A stretch of DNA of 64,000 bases from Proteromonas lacertae (Eukaryota). The stretch covers positions 1-64,000 of the forward strand of contig NGBS01000027.1 in assembly GCA_002245135.1 (NCBI GenBank), given 5' to 3'. The first letter of the stretch is position 1, and every line of letters starts with the position of its first letter. Under the pieces are notes generated by a model. It did no database searches and was not told the DNA's origin. It saw only the letters and a program-made list of their open reading frames with translations. A program made the position numbers and the translations under genes. This document shows positions 38,483-52,300 of this stretch, in pieces.

Positions 38483-39159
38483 ATGGTTAGACTTAATTTA
38501 GCTCGTTTTGAACCAACACAATGTCAAATATTTCGAAAAACATTAATGCGGTATTATTATAATTGTTACTCTTTGATTTAGTCGATATAAACAATATGTG
38601 GAAAGTACAATAGTGTGGCATAAAACTAGATGGTTGATTCTATTTATTTTAATGTCATTTTACTATTTAAGGGTTTGGTATCTTGGAAGTTTTGTTCTTA
38701 TAACTTATGGATTGACTATATTCGTTTTTATGCAATTTGTTGATTTTATATCACCTTATGTATTATTGTTTTTAATTCTATTTTCCTTAGGAAGATTACT
38801 CAGATGAAAACACCTTACCAATTGCTGAAGGTGAATTAAGGCCTTTCACTAGGAAACTTCCAGAATTTCAATTTTGGTATAACGTTTTGCTAGGTGTAAT
38901 ACTTTGTTCTTTTCTTACATGTTTTAAATTTATTGATATTCCTGCTGACAAGAGAATATTAATCCCTTTTGCTATTGTATTATATATTATATATTATTAT
39001 TATTATATATAATAGATTGTAATTATATTGGCCTTGAAAGATAGAATTAATAATATGATCAAATATCGTTATTTGCCATGGAGAACAGCTTCTAAAGATA
39101 AAAAGTCCAATACAACCGCTAATACATCGTCAGTAGATAATACAGGTCATGCTGATTGA
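38483..39159 (+). CDS. RER1: ER retrieval receptor Rer1; 3 introns
   Basis: YKQYVES...TRW...TYGLTI...FISP; ELRPFTRKLPEFQFWY; RINNMIKYRYLPW. Confidence 0.88.
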
Positions 39160-39290
39160 AGTAAGTAGATTATTAACCTTTTTTTTTTATTTTTACTATT
39201 CAATTACGGTTTTAATGTTATTATTATTATTTAATCTTGTGTATGTATTTGGATGAACAAAAAAAATATGAAAAAAAATACAAATGATTA

Positions 39291-40689
39291 TTAATTTTCT
39301 CTAACAACAATAACTTCACTGCTACCTCTCTTCACATCATCATCATACTTTAAACATGGATACTGTACAATACCATAATATATGAAAAGCCCTAGAACCA
39401 ATACAACTAAACCTAACAACTGAATAAAACTCATATAAGTAAATCCTTCTAAGTATTTCTTGCCACTAATATAATAAACCAAAGCAGCAGCAATCCAAAC
39501 TGAAAAATTCAATGTTGGTTCTATTGTATTTCTTGCTACACAATTTGCATACTATTTTCATGATAATAAAAACAATAATACTTTAGTGATGTTAATAGCA
39601 GATCCATTTACACCTAAAAACAATACAATCAATGCAATGATAATAACAAACAATGTCCAACTATGTGATAACATATATAAACTATCAATAGTATCTTCAT
39701 GAATACCAGGAGTATTAGGCATGATCTGAGCTATCGGCATACAAACACAAGTGACAAGTATTAAACCCCAAATACCTTCACAACCAACTAAAAATGTAGA
39801 ATCAACTTCTACTCCTTGTAATAAATACTCATCAATAACACTTTGACATGCAGCGATAAATTGACCAACAATTACAAGCGAGAAACCTAACACTTGATAG
39901 CCAACTGAATATGAATCTGTTGTTTTACCATCTAATGATGTAAAGAGTTAAAATTAAAGAATTCTATTGTTGAATAATATTAATAAAATGAAAAAATGAT
40001 ATGATAATCCAGCAATAATAAGTGCAAGACATACAGTAAATATACCAACCCATTCATATCCTTACAAAAAGAAGAATAATTAAAGAAAAATAACATCAAA
40101 ATTTTAAAATGATATTTTTAGATTCTTCTTTAATGAGTACATTCTAATTAATCCTGAAAAAATAACAATTGATCCACGAGCCATTTGCCACATAGATACT
40201 CTAATCCATACTAACCCACAATACATACAAAATGTTGCAGAACAATCACATATTGCTGGAGGCATGCAATATAACATTGTTTTGCACAGTGAAAAATCTC
40301 CAGCTCTATACATATTTTTAGTAATAAAACTATCAATACGGCAAAATCTTTTCATGGTTTATCTTCTTTTTTATCTAACGAATAAAATAATACAATATTT
40401 TTATACTAAGTAGTATGCAAAAGCAATTGACATGCCTGCAAACATCATCCAAGTATTAAACCATGGTTTTTCGAAATCATGAGGTTCTGTGCCTGGTCTT
40501 CCTACAACTTTAATTTGGTAGCTAGATATTGTAAATAATATAATCAAAATACATCAACTTGCTAAGTAGAAGATTGATTGTTCCACAAACCAGAAACGTA
40601 GAAGCACTGATGATCAATTTTATGTTTTTCTGTCTTTTAGTCAACTCTGGCTCTTGTGATACCAATGGAATTTGCTGTGATTCACTCAT
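39291..40689 (-). CDS. SLC35F6-like drug/metabolite-family transporter; 4 GT-AG introns plus 2 minor-type introns
   Basis: HDFEKPWFNTWMMFAGM, PAICD, SMWQMARGSIVIFS, YEWVGI, GQFIAACQSVIDEYLL, LVGCEGIWG, QLLGLVVLVLG. Confidence 0.85.
39940..40002 (-). other. U12-type AT-AC intron (63 nt)
   Basis: 5' ATATCATTTT, branch-like TTCTTTAAT, 3' TAC; contains an in-frame TAA; removal gives GLS-SLDGKTT in frame. Confidence 0.85.
40062..40115 (-). other. U12-type AT-AA intron (54 nt)
   Basis: 5' ATATCATTTT, branch-like TTCTTTAAT, 3' TAA; contains an in-frame stop; removal gives LKKNLK-GYEWVGI; no nearby GT-AG solution keeps the frame. Confidence 0.75.
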
Positions 40690-40966
40690 GAAAAAAAGAG
40701 ACACAAATAAAATATAATCTGCTAAAGTTTCTCTGTTGTATTTAAAATGGAATGGTATGAGTGTGGTAATAGTAATGAATGTTTTTTGATGTATAAAGAA
40801 GTAGTAATCAAAGAAATTGGTTTATATCAAACATAATTTTGTCTATTCAGTATTTAACAAAGTAGATATGTGCAATTAAACACTTGATATGTATTTTTAT
40901 TGTCAATTAAATGATGATTAAATAAAATAAATATATAAGCTTGATTCCTGTTTGAGAATAAAGATA

Positions 40967-43900
40967 ATGTTTTCTTCGGATTTAAAAGGCCTATTGTACA
41001 AATGCTATCTTCAAAAGAGAAAGAATTTGGCATCTACCATATTGATAATAGTATATTGTGTGTTTACTGTAGATTTTTCCCATATTTTTTATGTTTACTA
41101 CATTGTCTACGACTGGTCAAAGTGGACAACAGAAAAGTGACACAAAAGCGTATGACATAATTTTTAAACATCTACTAGTTACGATACTTGTATAGAGTCA
41201 AATATTAAAGCTTTTGGTGATACACCTATGCATTTTAATTATGAAAGGAAAAAAATAGCTCTTATAAGTTCAAACACAGAATTGAAGAAACAATTTCTGA
41301 AAGATATGGATAACTTATATCCTGGATTTAATATTAGTAATATTTTTGATGATAAAGAGGAAATTGAAAAATATAAAATATTTAATATACCAAAATTCAG
41401 TGATATTGTTGAAGATTTCAACAATGTAAAAGAAGTTAAGAATTATGTTAAGAAATCAGATTACACACAACATAATCAATTAGAATATGGCATTGTATTA
41501 ACTTCGGGATCACCAAATTGGCAGTATCATATAATTACTAATATTTCTGAATTAACACTGAAAACATTAGCTGCATCATAGTATGGCCATATATATTATA
41601 TTCTCTATAATAATAATAATTAGTTATATGGATAATGAAATGAAAAACGTTGATAAGAACTCAATTGAGAGAATGAGAATGACAGAATATGATCCATATG
41701 TGATAGGTGGAATGTACAATGAAGAATATCGAAAATTAAAATCAAAATGTCCATATTTTTCAACACCAGGTGTTTTAACAATTCATTCGTTAATATCCAA
41801 GTATATTATCAATCAGTCATTACCACTTCCAGAAGATGATACTAAGTTGATTTATCGTTATAAATGGTCATACTATTTAAAAGACGATTATGTATATTGA
41901 TAATTATTATTATTTAGCGTGATGAATTAAATGAAATGATAAGTATGGCATATTTAAACAATGAAACTAGAACAATTAATGAAATAAAGAAATATCTTAA
42001 AGGTGAATATTATTCTCCACAAAATGTGAAGTTTATACCATTTCCAACAAGAGAATATGTGATAGGAAGTAGTTTTGATATATTCAGAAGTCAAGTATTT
42101 TCATTGTTAATAATGTTGATGTATAAATATATTTAATAATAATAATAATATATAGATTTCCGCAAATATTCGAATTAACAGAAGTAGTTCAAGAAAAAGA
42201 AAAGAAATTTAAAATCTATTTTATACAGATGGGTGTTTCTCATTTTAGTTATGTTATGTCATGGTTAATTACTTATTCAATTTTCAGCTTTATTTCTACA
42301 TTTTGTGTGTCTTATATATTATCTACTAGTTTTACTCATTCTTCATTGTATATTATAGTAATTCCAATGATATTTTATGGTTTTGCGAATGTATCAATGA
42401 CTTATGCAATTTCAACTTTATTCAAAAAGTATTATCTATATATAATTATCTATTTCAATAGTCCAAAGTATGCAAACATGTTTGGCATGATATTATTATT
42501 GCTCCTCACTGAACCAACTGGTGCATTTCATTACAACGGATTATATAATTTACTTTCAATAATAATGCCATCTATTTCATTCATTTCTTTATTAGATCAT
42601 ATGATTGAATGTGAAAGCAATAATATTAATTTGGCATTCACTGCTGATGTGATATATATAATAATTGGATCAATAGTTAGTTTTATACTTTATACTTTAT
42701 TATCGTTCTTTTTAGATATGGTAATACCTGGTCAATATGGAAATACTGTTTCACCATTAAATGCATTAAGAAGAATAAAAGATTGGATTACTTCTGTATA
42801 ATTATATTTTATATTTTATTATTATTATTATTATATAAATAGCGTCATATTACGAAGATCTATTGATTATGAATTACTAAGACATGATGCAGAAGCGGAA
42901 ATGGTTAATATTAGCATATCAGATAATAATAAAGCAAATCCTTTCATTGAACCACCAACAGATTCACAATTGGAACAAAGACTATTTCATAAAACAATAT
43001 TACTGAATAATATTACCAAAATATATAAAAATAGAAATATAGTTACACTTGCTGTAGATGATTTTAACTTTGAGTTTTATGAAGATCAGATATTTGTATT
43101 ATTAGGACATAATGGAGCTGGTAAAACTACTCTATTCAATATTTTAGATGGTTTTATTCCACAAACAAGTAATATTATATATTATTATTATTATTATATA
43201 GGTGGCAGTTGTGACGTTTTAGGTTTTAATCTCAATACAGATTATGATAAAATCAGTCAAATGACAGGTGTTTGTTTACAGGAAGATGTTTTATATGAAC
43301 AGTTTGATGTTATTGAAATGTTGAGATTGTTTGCCATTATTAAGAGAATAAATGCAAATGAAAGAGATCTAGTAGTTCAATCATGTTTAAATCAATTCAA
43401 TTTGAATAGACAACAAAATACAAAATGTAAAGATTTATCAGGTGGAGAAGTATGATTATTATTATTATTATATAAATAGAAACGTAAATTAAGTGTAGCA
43501 ATTGCTTTAATGGGTAATTCAAAGATAATATATTTAGATGAACCAACCAGTGGAATGGATCCACACAGTCGAAGAATATTATGGAATCTTCTACAAGAAT
43601 ATAAACACAATAAAATCATTATTTTAACTACTCATTCAATGGAAGAAGCTGATTTAATTGGAGATAGAATTGGTATAATGGATAATGGAAGATTAATATG
43701 TTGTGGATCTTCACAGTTTTTAAAGGAAAAATATAATGTCGGTTATACATTAACCGTTGATATAGAGAATAGAGATAGTTTTCAATTAATTATTGATTAT
43801 TTAAAAGATAATGTATTTCATTGTAATTATATTATATTATAGTTACCTAATTCATTTATTAAATCTGATGATATAACAATATCAATTCAAATACCATTTA

Positions 43901-46900
43901 CTGAACAATCAAAAATTCCTGATTTATTAGACCATTTTGATGATTTGAAGTTGAAAAAGAAGATATTATCATATGGAATATCAGTTACAACAATGGAACA
44001 AGTGTTTTTAAACTCAAGACATGTATAATTTTATAAAAATTATCTATTTCTCTCTATTTAATAGGATATGTTGTATAAATCCCAAGAAGAATCAAGTAGA
44101 CAGATTGTTCAACATAATAATGCTGAAGTAATTAATACAGCTAGTACAGCTAGTACAGCTAATACTGTATTACCACAATTAGTGTCAAACAAACTAAAAA
44201 CAACAAGAGAAATAAGTATTTTGTTATATAAAAGATTCATGTATATATAAAATATATCAATTATAATATTCTATAAATAGTCAATTTATTCATGATTATA
44301 ATACAATATATGTTCAATATATTCTTCCAATAATAATGGTTGGAACAAGTTCAATATTCTTCTTATTGCCATCAATGATAATGGGTGGAAGTGATAATGG
44401 TTCATCAGTTAGAGTTTCTACATCTTATTACAATCCAAGTGTAAGTAATAGTTCTATAAGACAAAATGCATTATTTCCATATTCTTATGTTAATTCATTA
44501 AGATCAAATAATTATAGAAATGATGATGATTTAATCTCCTATATTCCTAATTCAGTATTTATATGTATTTTTACGTATTTTGCCAAATAGGCAATTCCTG
44601 AAGAAGTGAATTTGTCATATTATTTTGATGACTTAAATAATATTGAAGATTGTGGTAGTTATGTATATATTTATATTTTCTAAAAAGTATTTATGTAAAT
44701 AGAAACCAATCCCTGAATCAACAAAGAATTTAATGTCAATGTCAAACTATCTATTAAAGCAAACAAAAACAACAGAATCCTCGAGATATGGAAGTGTTTT
44801 AATAGATATGAAAGATGATATATCATATACAATATATTTCAATTCAACTTCAACTTTATCTCCACTTATTTATAACAATATAATGACAGAAGCATTAGCC
44901 AATTATTATCATCCTGAAGTAAAAACAACGGTCAAATTCAATTATGATACATTTCCAGTAACAAAAACATTTTTAGAATCAACAATGATGTTTTTGATAA
45001 TTTTTCCAACATTTATGTTGCTTTCAGCTTTGATTGATATATTTCCATTTAATATTAATTTCATAATTAAAGAAAAAGCTGATCATTTGAGAGAATATTT
45101 CTATATTACTGGAATTAGGCCAGTTGTGTATTGGATTTCTACAATTATATGGGATTCTGTTCCATTCTTATTTACGTATTATATATATATATATACTAAT
45201 ATGTTTATAGAGCAATTGAATTGATTCTATTAGGTTTTATAATTGGTATTGATTCAATCACTTCCAATGCTGGAGTTATCTTCTTATTCTTCGTTGGTTA
45301 TACACTCTCTAATGAAGCTTTGTGCTATTTAATCAGTTACAAATTCGATAATCCTGAAAAAGCTCAAATGGCAGTTTTTTATATCAACTTTCCAATGATA
45401 ATTGGTGCATTAGTTGGTTATTATTTATCATTATTACCATCAACATGTAATGCAATGATTTATATTTCTTATGTTTTAAATATTATGCCTTCATACGCCT
45501 TTGCTAGAGGTATAACGAATGTTATTGGATATGATTATCTTGATTATATGTTGAATTATTGTTCTATTGTTAATACAGGTAAAACAAAATATGTGATTGA
45601 TTCAGTTTGGAATTGGAATGCAACAGGTGAATATTTGTTTTATTTATTCATATCTTTTGCTTTATTTTTATTTATATTATCAATTGTTAATACTATTCAT
45701 GTATATATATATAATTATATATTGCTATAGTGTGCAAAAGATGGAGATATTAATAGCTTTAAAGCTCCAATCATTGATGCAGATATCACTGATGAAGAAG
45801 TTAGAGTAAATGGTCAAGGTATAATATATCTATATATATATACTTTATTATAGATTGTGATGATACTATCAAATTCCAACATATTCGTAAAGTCTACAAC
45901 AAAAAGACAGTTGCATTAGAAGATCTTTCATTTGGTATTAAAAAGGGAGAATGTTTTGGATTATTAGGTGTTAATGGTGCTGGTAAGACAACTTTATTAA
46001 GAATAATGACAAAAGTAATCAAACAAACTCAAGGTGAAGGATATATCAATAATCATCCATTTAGTGGAAATATTAATGATTATATTAGACAATGCGGTTA
46101 TTGTCCACAGAATGAGTTAATTATTCCTCATTTTAATGTAAAACAGCATTTATATTTCTACTGTAATTTGAAGGGAATTTTAAAAAGTGTGGTGAATGGT
46201 TATGTGGAAGAATTGTTAAATGTATTTCATTTGAAACAGTATGAAAAACAAGAGGCTGATAAGCTAAGTGGAGGTAATAAAAGAAAATTGTCTTTAGCAA
46301 TATCTTTAATAGGAAATCCATCACTTTTGATATTAGATGAACCTTCAACAGGAATTGATCCTGAAAGTCGAAGATATTTGTGGGATTTAATCTCTACTAT
46401 GTGCAAGAAACAAAGATCCAGTACTGTTTTATTAACTACACATTCATTGGAAGAAGCAGAATCTTTGTGTGATAGAATATCTATCTTAGTGAAAGGTGAG
46501 TTGAAATGCATTGGTGGAATTCAACATATTAAATCGAAGTATGGTCAATCTTATAAGATCGATATTAAGATGATGCCTCCAACCATTGAAGAATATACTC
46601 CATTATTAAATAGATTAAGTTTTTTTACTCAAATTGATCAGTCAAACCTACTTGAAGCTTGTGAAGCTTTGGGAAATAATAGTAGGTTTAGTAATATATC
46701 TGCTGATAAAAAAGGACTGTTTAGATATTTATTTGATAGAGGATTTATGACTCCAATGGAGTTTATTGAGTGCTGGATGTTTGCTAATGCATCTGTTGTG
46801 ATTTCTAGTTTTATTCAATCTATTAATCAGAATATTGTAGCTGTTTAGTATGAAAATGCCAATATTTACCTTTGAGATCAAAGAGAATATTGCGTTAGGT

Positions 46901-47026
46901 AATTTGTTCAGAATTCTTCAGGAAAAGAAAGATCAATATAGAATTGCTAGTTATTCTATCTATCAAGCATCTTTAGAACAAATATTTAATCAATTTGCCT
47001 GTGAAGATCCTGATGAAACTAGTTAA
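40967..47026 (+). CDS. ABCA-family full transporter, intron-rich; 1-nt frameshift near 46846
   Basis: [47 protein letters not shown]; second [36 protein letters not shown]-terminal QASLEQIF. Confidence 0.93.
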
Positions 47027-47187
47027 TAGTTGTATTACCTCATTAATAATAAAAAGTATAATTATTATAAGTGTTTATACCTCTTGATATACTACTGTCT
47101 TCATAAATTACTCCTGAATCACAAAATCTTCTTATACATTAAATACACAAAAATACACAGTATTTTCTTATTTATTTCTTCTTCTAA

Positions 47188-49255
47188 ATGTCAGCTTCTG
47201 CTTCAGAAGTATTCATTTTGATATATTTAATTAGGTTGAAATAAGGGATACTTCACCTCTAGCAGTTATTTTCAAGCCTACATGGTATTTATAGATATTT
47301 ATTTTATAGGGCTGAAATTCAAAGACTTTTAAACCAACAACCACCTATTTCAGATTATGAAATTCCAAAATTAGATAAATTAGTGAATGATATGTTGAAA
47401 CAGCTTGATAATGAAGAAAACTATGTAACAAATGAAACCCAATGTACCAAATATTTCAATGTCAGGCATATATTTGATACATGGTGTTTGTATGCTCAAA
47501 ATAATGTATTTACTCAATCCTTATTATAATTAGAGAAGAGTAAGAAAAGTCTTCCTTTATGCTATTCGTCACGTTATTTTACTTAAGCATCACCCCTTCT
47601 TATTCGAAAATATCGATCCTTTAATCGATTTGATTAATCATCTTAATAACGAGAATCTAGATGAAGAAACACTATCAAGATATCTTCTACTTGTATATGG
47701 AATATGTCAAGTATTTGTATCTCAACCTGCAAATATTAAAGACTTTATGAAAGATAATAATTTATGTTTTTATGATAAGATAGTTAAAGATTTGTATATT
47801 TTTCATATTTATTTTATTATAAATAATAGTACAACTATATCAAAGAATTCAGTTCAATCAATTATCACAGATATATTCCATTCAATTTTATCAATAGCAT
47901 CTGAAGATATATTCAAGTTCCTAAATGAGAAACATTTTGAAGAATTAATTATCGGTGAGTTTATAACAAAATATAAAGAATCTGGAAGTCCACTGATCAA
48001 CGATACAGATATCAGTTTCCACTATCAATTAAACAATATGATTGTATTAATTGAATCACTTGAAAATAACTTCATTTCAGATAATGAAATGATATTGTCA
48101 TTAAAAAATAATATTTTAAATTTAATTAAAACTAGATTCATTTCAGAGATTTTTACTAATAAATTATTAAAAGGAAGTGAGAACGAAATATGTAAAATAT
48201 TATCTCACTTAACTCAAATCGTACAATATTGTGAAGAAACCCATCCAAATTCATTATTTACTGACTTATTTATAAGTTATGTAATAGACGAAGAATTCAT
48301 TGATGATGGTAAGGATAATAACTTAACCGTCTCTCAATTAATAATGAATAAATTATATTCAGTTTCCAGTAATGTTGTGGTATATACTATATCACTATAT
48401 GATACATTATTTTCATTGAAAAACACTAAAGTATTGAATTACTTAATTTATGATTATATAAAAGATCAAAGTTATAGGAAATCAATGAAAGAATCACCAT
48501 CTTCACAAATATATACTGAATTATCTCCTTCTAAAAGAATAGAAAGTAAATTAAATGAATATAACAGTCTATTTCCTCAATCTCCAAAACCAACAAGGAA
48601 ATATATTGATGATAGTCAATCGAAAGTGATTAGTAATTGTGAATTACCTGATATTGAAGCTAGTCAACAACTATCATTTACATTTGATGAAAGTAATGAA
48701 GATTTATTTAAAACACCCACCAAAAATAATAATAATAACTCAAATATAATAGAAAAAGAATTCATTGAAGGTCCATTTTTAACTGCAATTTATACTTTAT
48801 TAGAATCATTTTATAATAATACTCAAGAAGTTAATTTCAATATAACTGGATTATTTATAACATTAATTCAATATGGTGATTTTATTATGAATGATTATTT
48901 CTTTAATTTTGATTATGAAAAAGAGTTTAAGAATAACAGTCGTTGTTTTCTATCAATAATCAGTAAATTATGGAATGAAGGTTTGAATTATATAACAAAT
49001 ACCAATAAAACTCATCAAACATTGGAATATACAAGAAAATTACTTGGAACTTATGATGATGATGATGAAGATGAAGATGATAATAACAAACAAAAAGGAA
49101 GTAAGAAGTTGATGTTGGAGAATGTGTATAACGATGAGTATGAAGAACAGTTCTTTAAGTCGTATGTTGTGTTAGAAGAGTATTTGAAGGAAATAAGTGC
49201 TTATGTTTATGCTAAAGAGTGGAAAGATACAATTTTATTCCAATCGCAGAGTTAA
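47188..49255 (+). CDS. FHF complex subunit FHIP (FAM160/RAI16-like); several introns
   Basis: GPFLTAIYTLLESFYNNTQEVNFNITGLF and YVVLEEYLKEISA match FAM160 C-terminal motifs. Confidence 0.72.
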
Positions 49256-49358
49256 TCATCTTTACATTTTGGTTATTGTTTATTGTTTATATATATTGTT
49301 CTATTTTAAAAATTGACTAATATATAAATCAGAAATAATAATGAAATTCTATATTGTA

Positions 49359-52300
49359 TTATAAGTTATCCATGACTAAATCAGTCAATCTCTTTCCAAA
49401 TAGTTCACTTAAAGCTTCACGAACTTCAGTAAAACTACATTGTATTAATTTCACTAAATAACTCCATATCCATCTAATTGTCTTCTTAAACTATTCAAAA
49501 AATATATAAAAATAAATATAATAAATACATCAACATCATCTAAATCTTCTAATATTAATATTTGATTTCTAACAACTGCTGTATATGATAATACTTCTCT
49601 TCCTACTTCACTATCCATATCTTGTTTACTTTCTACTAATAACCTATGCTTAGTTAAGTAATTATCTAATATAATAATCATTGTAGATTTATATTTATTA
49701 TAACTATTATCTTTGATGTTTTGACTTACACCTTCTTTACAGATTAAAGCGATATAGGAACTTAATATCATATTATAACCAGTAGTTTCTTGTTTTAGTA
49801 AATTGGGAACTTTTGTCATTTTCATTGCTTTAGATAAACCAGCTAAACCCAAATGTTTTCTCAATAAGAAATTATCATTGAATTTTTCTGCCATTTTTGT
49901 ACTCTTCATTTAAACATTTGAAAAATTCATCTAAGACTTCTTTACTCAATTTTTCACCATATACTGAAATAATCTATTCAAATATAATATATATATATAA
50001 TTATATATACATCATAGGTTGTTTTCAATAATTCTAATTGAACTAAACATTTAGTAACAACTCTTGTTGGTACAAATGGTAATTGATTGAATTCTTCATC
50101 TTCCTGTAATTCTTTCTCTTCTTCTACACTTAATAATAGTGTTGGATTTAATGGGAAATAACCTAAACCATAGTCAAATTGTACAATAACCATATTATCT
50201 TCTCTTACTTCTAACACTTTACCATTCATAAAGTATGGAACATTAACTACTGATCCTGCTGGTAATAAAGCAACTTCACTTCCTATTGTCAATCTTCCTC
50301 TAGTTGGAATTGATTCTGATTTTGATTCTGCTCTTGTTTCTACTTCAGCTTCTTCTTTTATTTCTTTTACCCTTTCATTCTCAACTTCTTTTTCTTTCTC
50401 TTCATTCTTTCTTTTTTCTATTTCATCATCACTTTCTACATTCTCTTCATCACTCTCTTCACCATCTTTCTTCTTTGAATCTTTCTCTTCAGGTTTGGAT
50501 TCTGTTTTGGGTGTGGTTTTTGCAGATACATCAGCATTATCTTCTACTTCTTCATTATTACCTTCTGGTTTATTTTGATTTTCACTTTGTAATTTCTTTC
50601 TTATTTCAGCTACTTTTTCTTTTTGTTTCATTAAATTGGATGTATCTAATAATTCTATTGGCATATTATCACTGTAAAACTTCACAATTCTATCTTTCAC
50701 TAACTCCCAACCAGCTTCATCAAAATATCTACCTGCTGCATTAACGAATCTTTTTACACCAGCAACACCATTAATAGCCAAAGATTGAACCTTTTGAGAA
50801 ACACAATAATTGAACAAATCGAATAAATCAGGTAATAAAAACACAAACTTCTCAAACCTATTGACAAATATATCCACTACATGATTCAATGCAACTAATG
50901 CTGAAGTATGTAACCAACAATCTTCTTGTTCTAATAAAGCTTCATCTGCATATTTAACATCATCGAATATTGGGAATATCACTGATTTAAACAATAATCT
51001 CCACAATTCACTTGTACATTGGAATTTATTACTGTTTAATGTTCCAAACATGATTTCTAATGATGCTTTTCTTATATCTTCTTTCTCTGAATTTACTAAG
51101 TGTCCTAAACCAGTCAACCAAGGCCATAATACTGATGTATGTTCTTCTGCATCTGTGTATAATGGAGCTACACCTTCTTGATAGGTTTTTAACATTCTTC
51201 CTCTTTCAATTAAGTTACCACAAATTGTTAATCTTTCAAATGCTTTTGTTCTTAATGCTGGAATCTTACAAGAAGCAAAACCTAATAGGCAATTGACATA
51301 AGCAACAAAGTTATCCAATTTGACTTTAATTTCATAATCTTTACTTACTTTCTTCATTAATGAATAAGCAGTTTTAATAACTTCCTTATCTTTATCTTTA
51401 GCACCAATTTTTAATACAGATAATACAGCACTCCATCCTGAAGCTAATGTTTCATCTTTAGAATAAACAATATTCTCTATAACTTGAATAACTAATAGTT
51501 TAATATTTGTATCTGTTGCTTTGGACATAATCACTTCAAATGGTTTCATAAACATCTTCTGGAAGTGGAAATTAGCTAATTCTTCTTTCTCTAAGAACTT
51601 ATTCGATAATTGTTTCAATGAATCAATAGAAAACAATGATATTGTTTGATTCTGAATACAGGCAATTGTATCGAAATATCCACTCATTACATTCCATATT
51701 TTACTCCATTCTAAACGACTTCTTATATTCATATTGGCATCTGCAACTTCTAACACTTTCTGCATACTGAATCTCTTTGATTCTGTTGTACCATTTTCTT
51801 CAGCGTTTTCATCTTCAGCTGATTTTAATTCTTGTAAGGAAACATCAGTTAATGCTTTTACGAAGGCTAATATTGCATTTCCTGATAATTTATAACTATC
51901 TAAATAAATAGCATCAATAGTGGTAATATTGAAATCTTCAAACAAAGCTTGAGCATAATTTCTTCTACTTTCTTCTATATCAACACCAGCATTAGATTGT
52001 CTACCAAACCAAGTCTTCTTTTTAGGTTTTGGTTGTGGGGCAGAATTTTGGCTTCCAAAATAGGAGCCATCTTTTCGCACACTTGCATATAATGAGAATT
52101 GTGCTAATTGTGAAGTACATTTCAATACATTAAACCATTTTTCACCTAATTTCTCACCATATGGTACAACTAAACCTAATAATGTATTGACTGATTTTCT
52201 AACTTTATCTACTCCTTCCATATCAGTTACATCCTTTATTTCTGCATATTTTGCTAATAAATCCATTGATTTGGAGAATTCATCTGGTATATCATAACTA

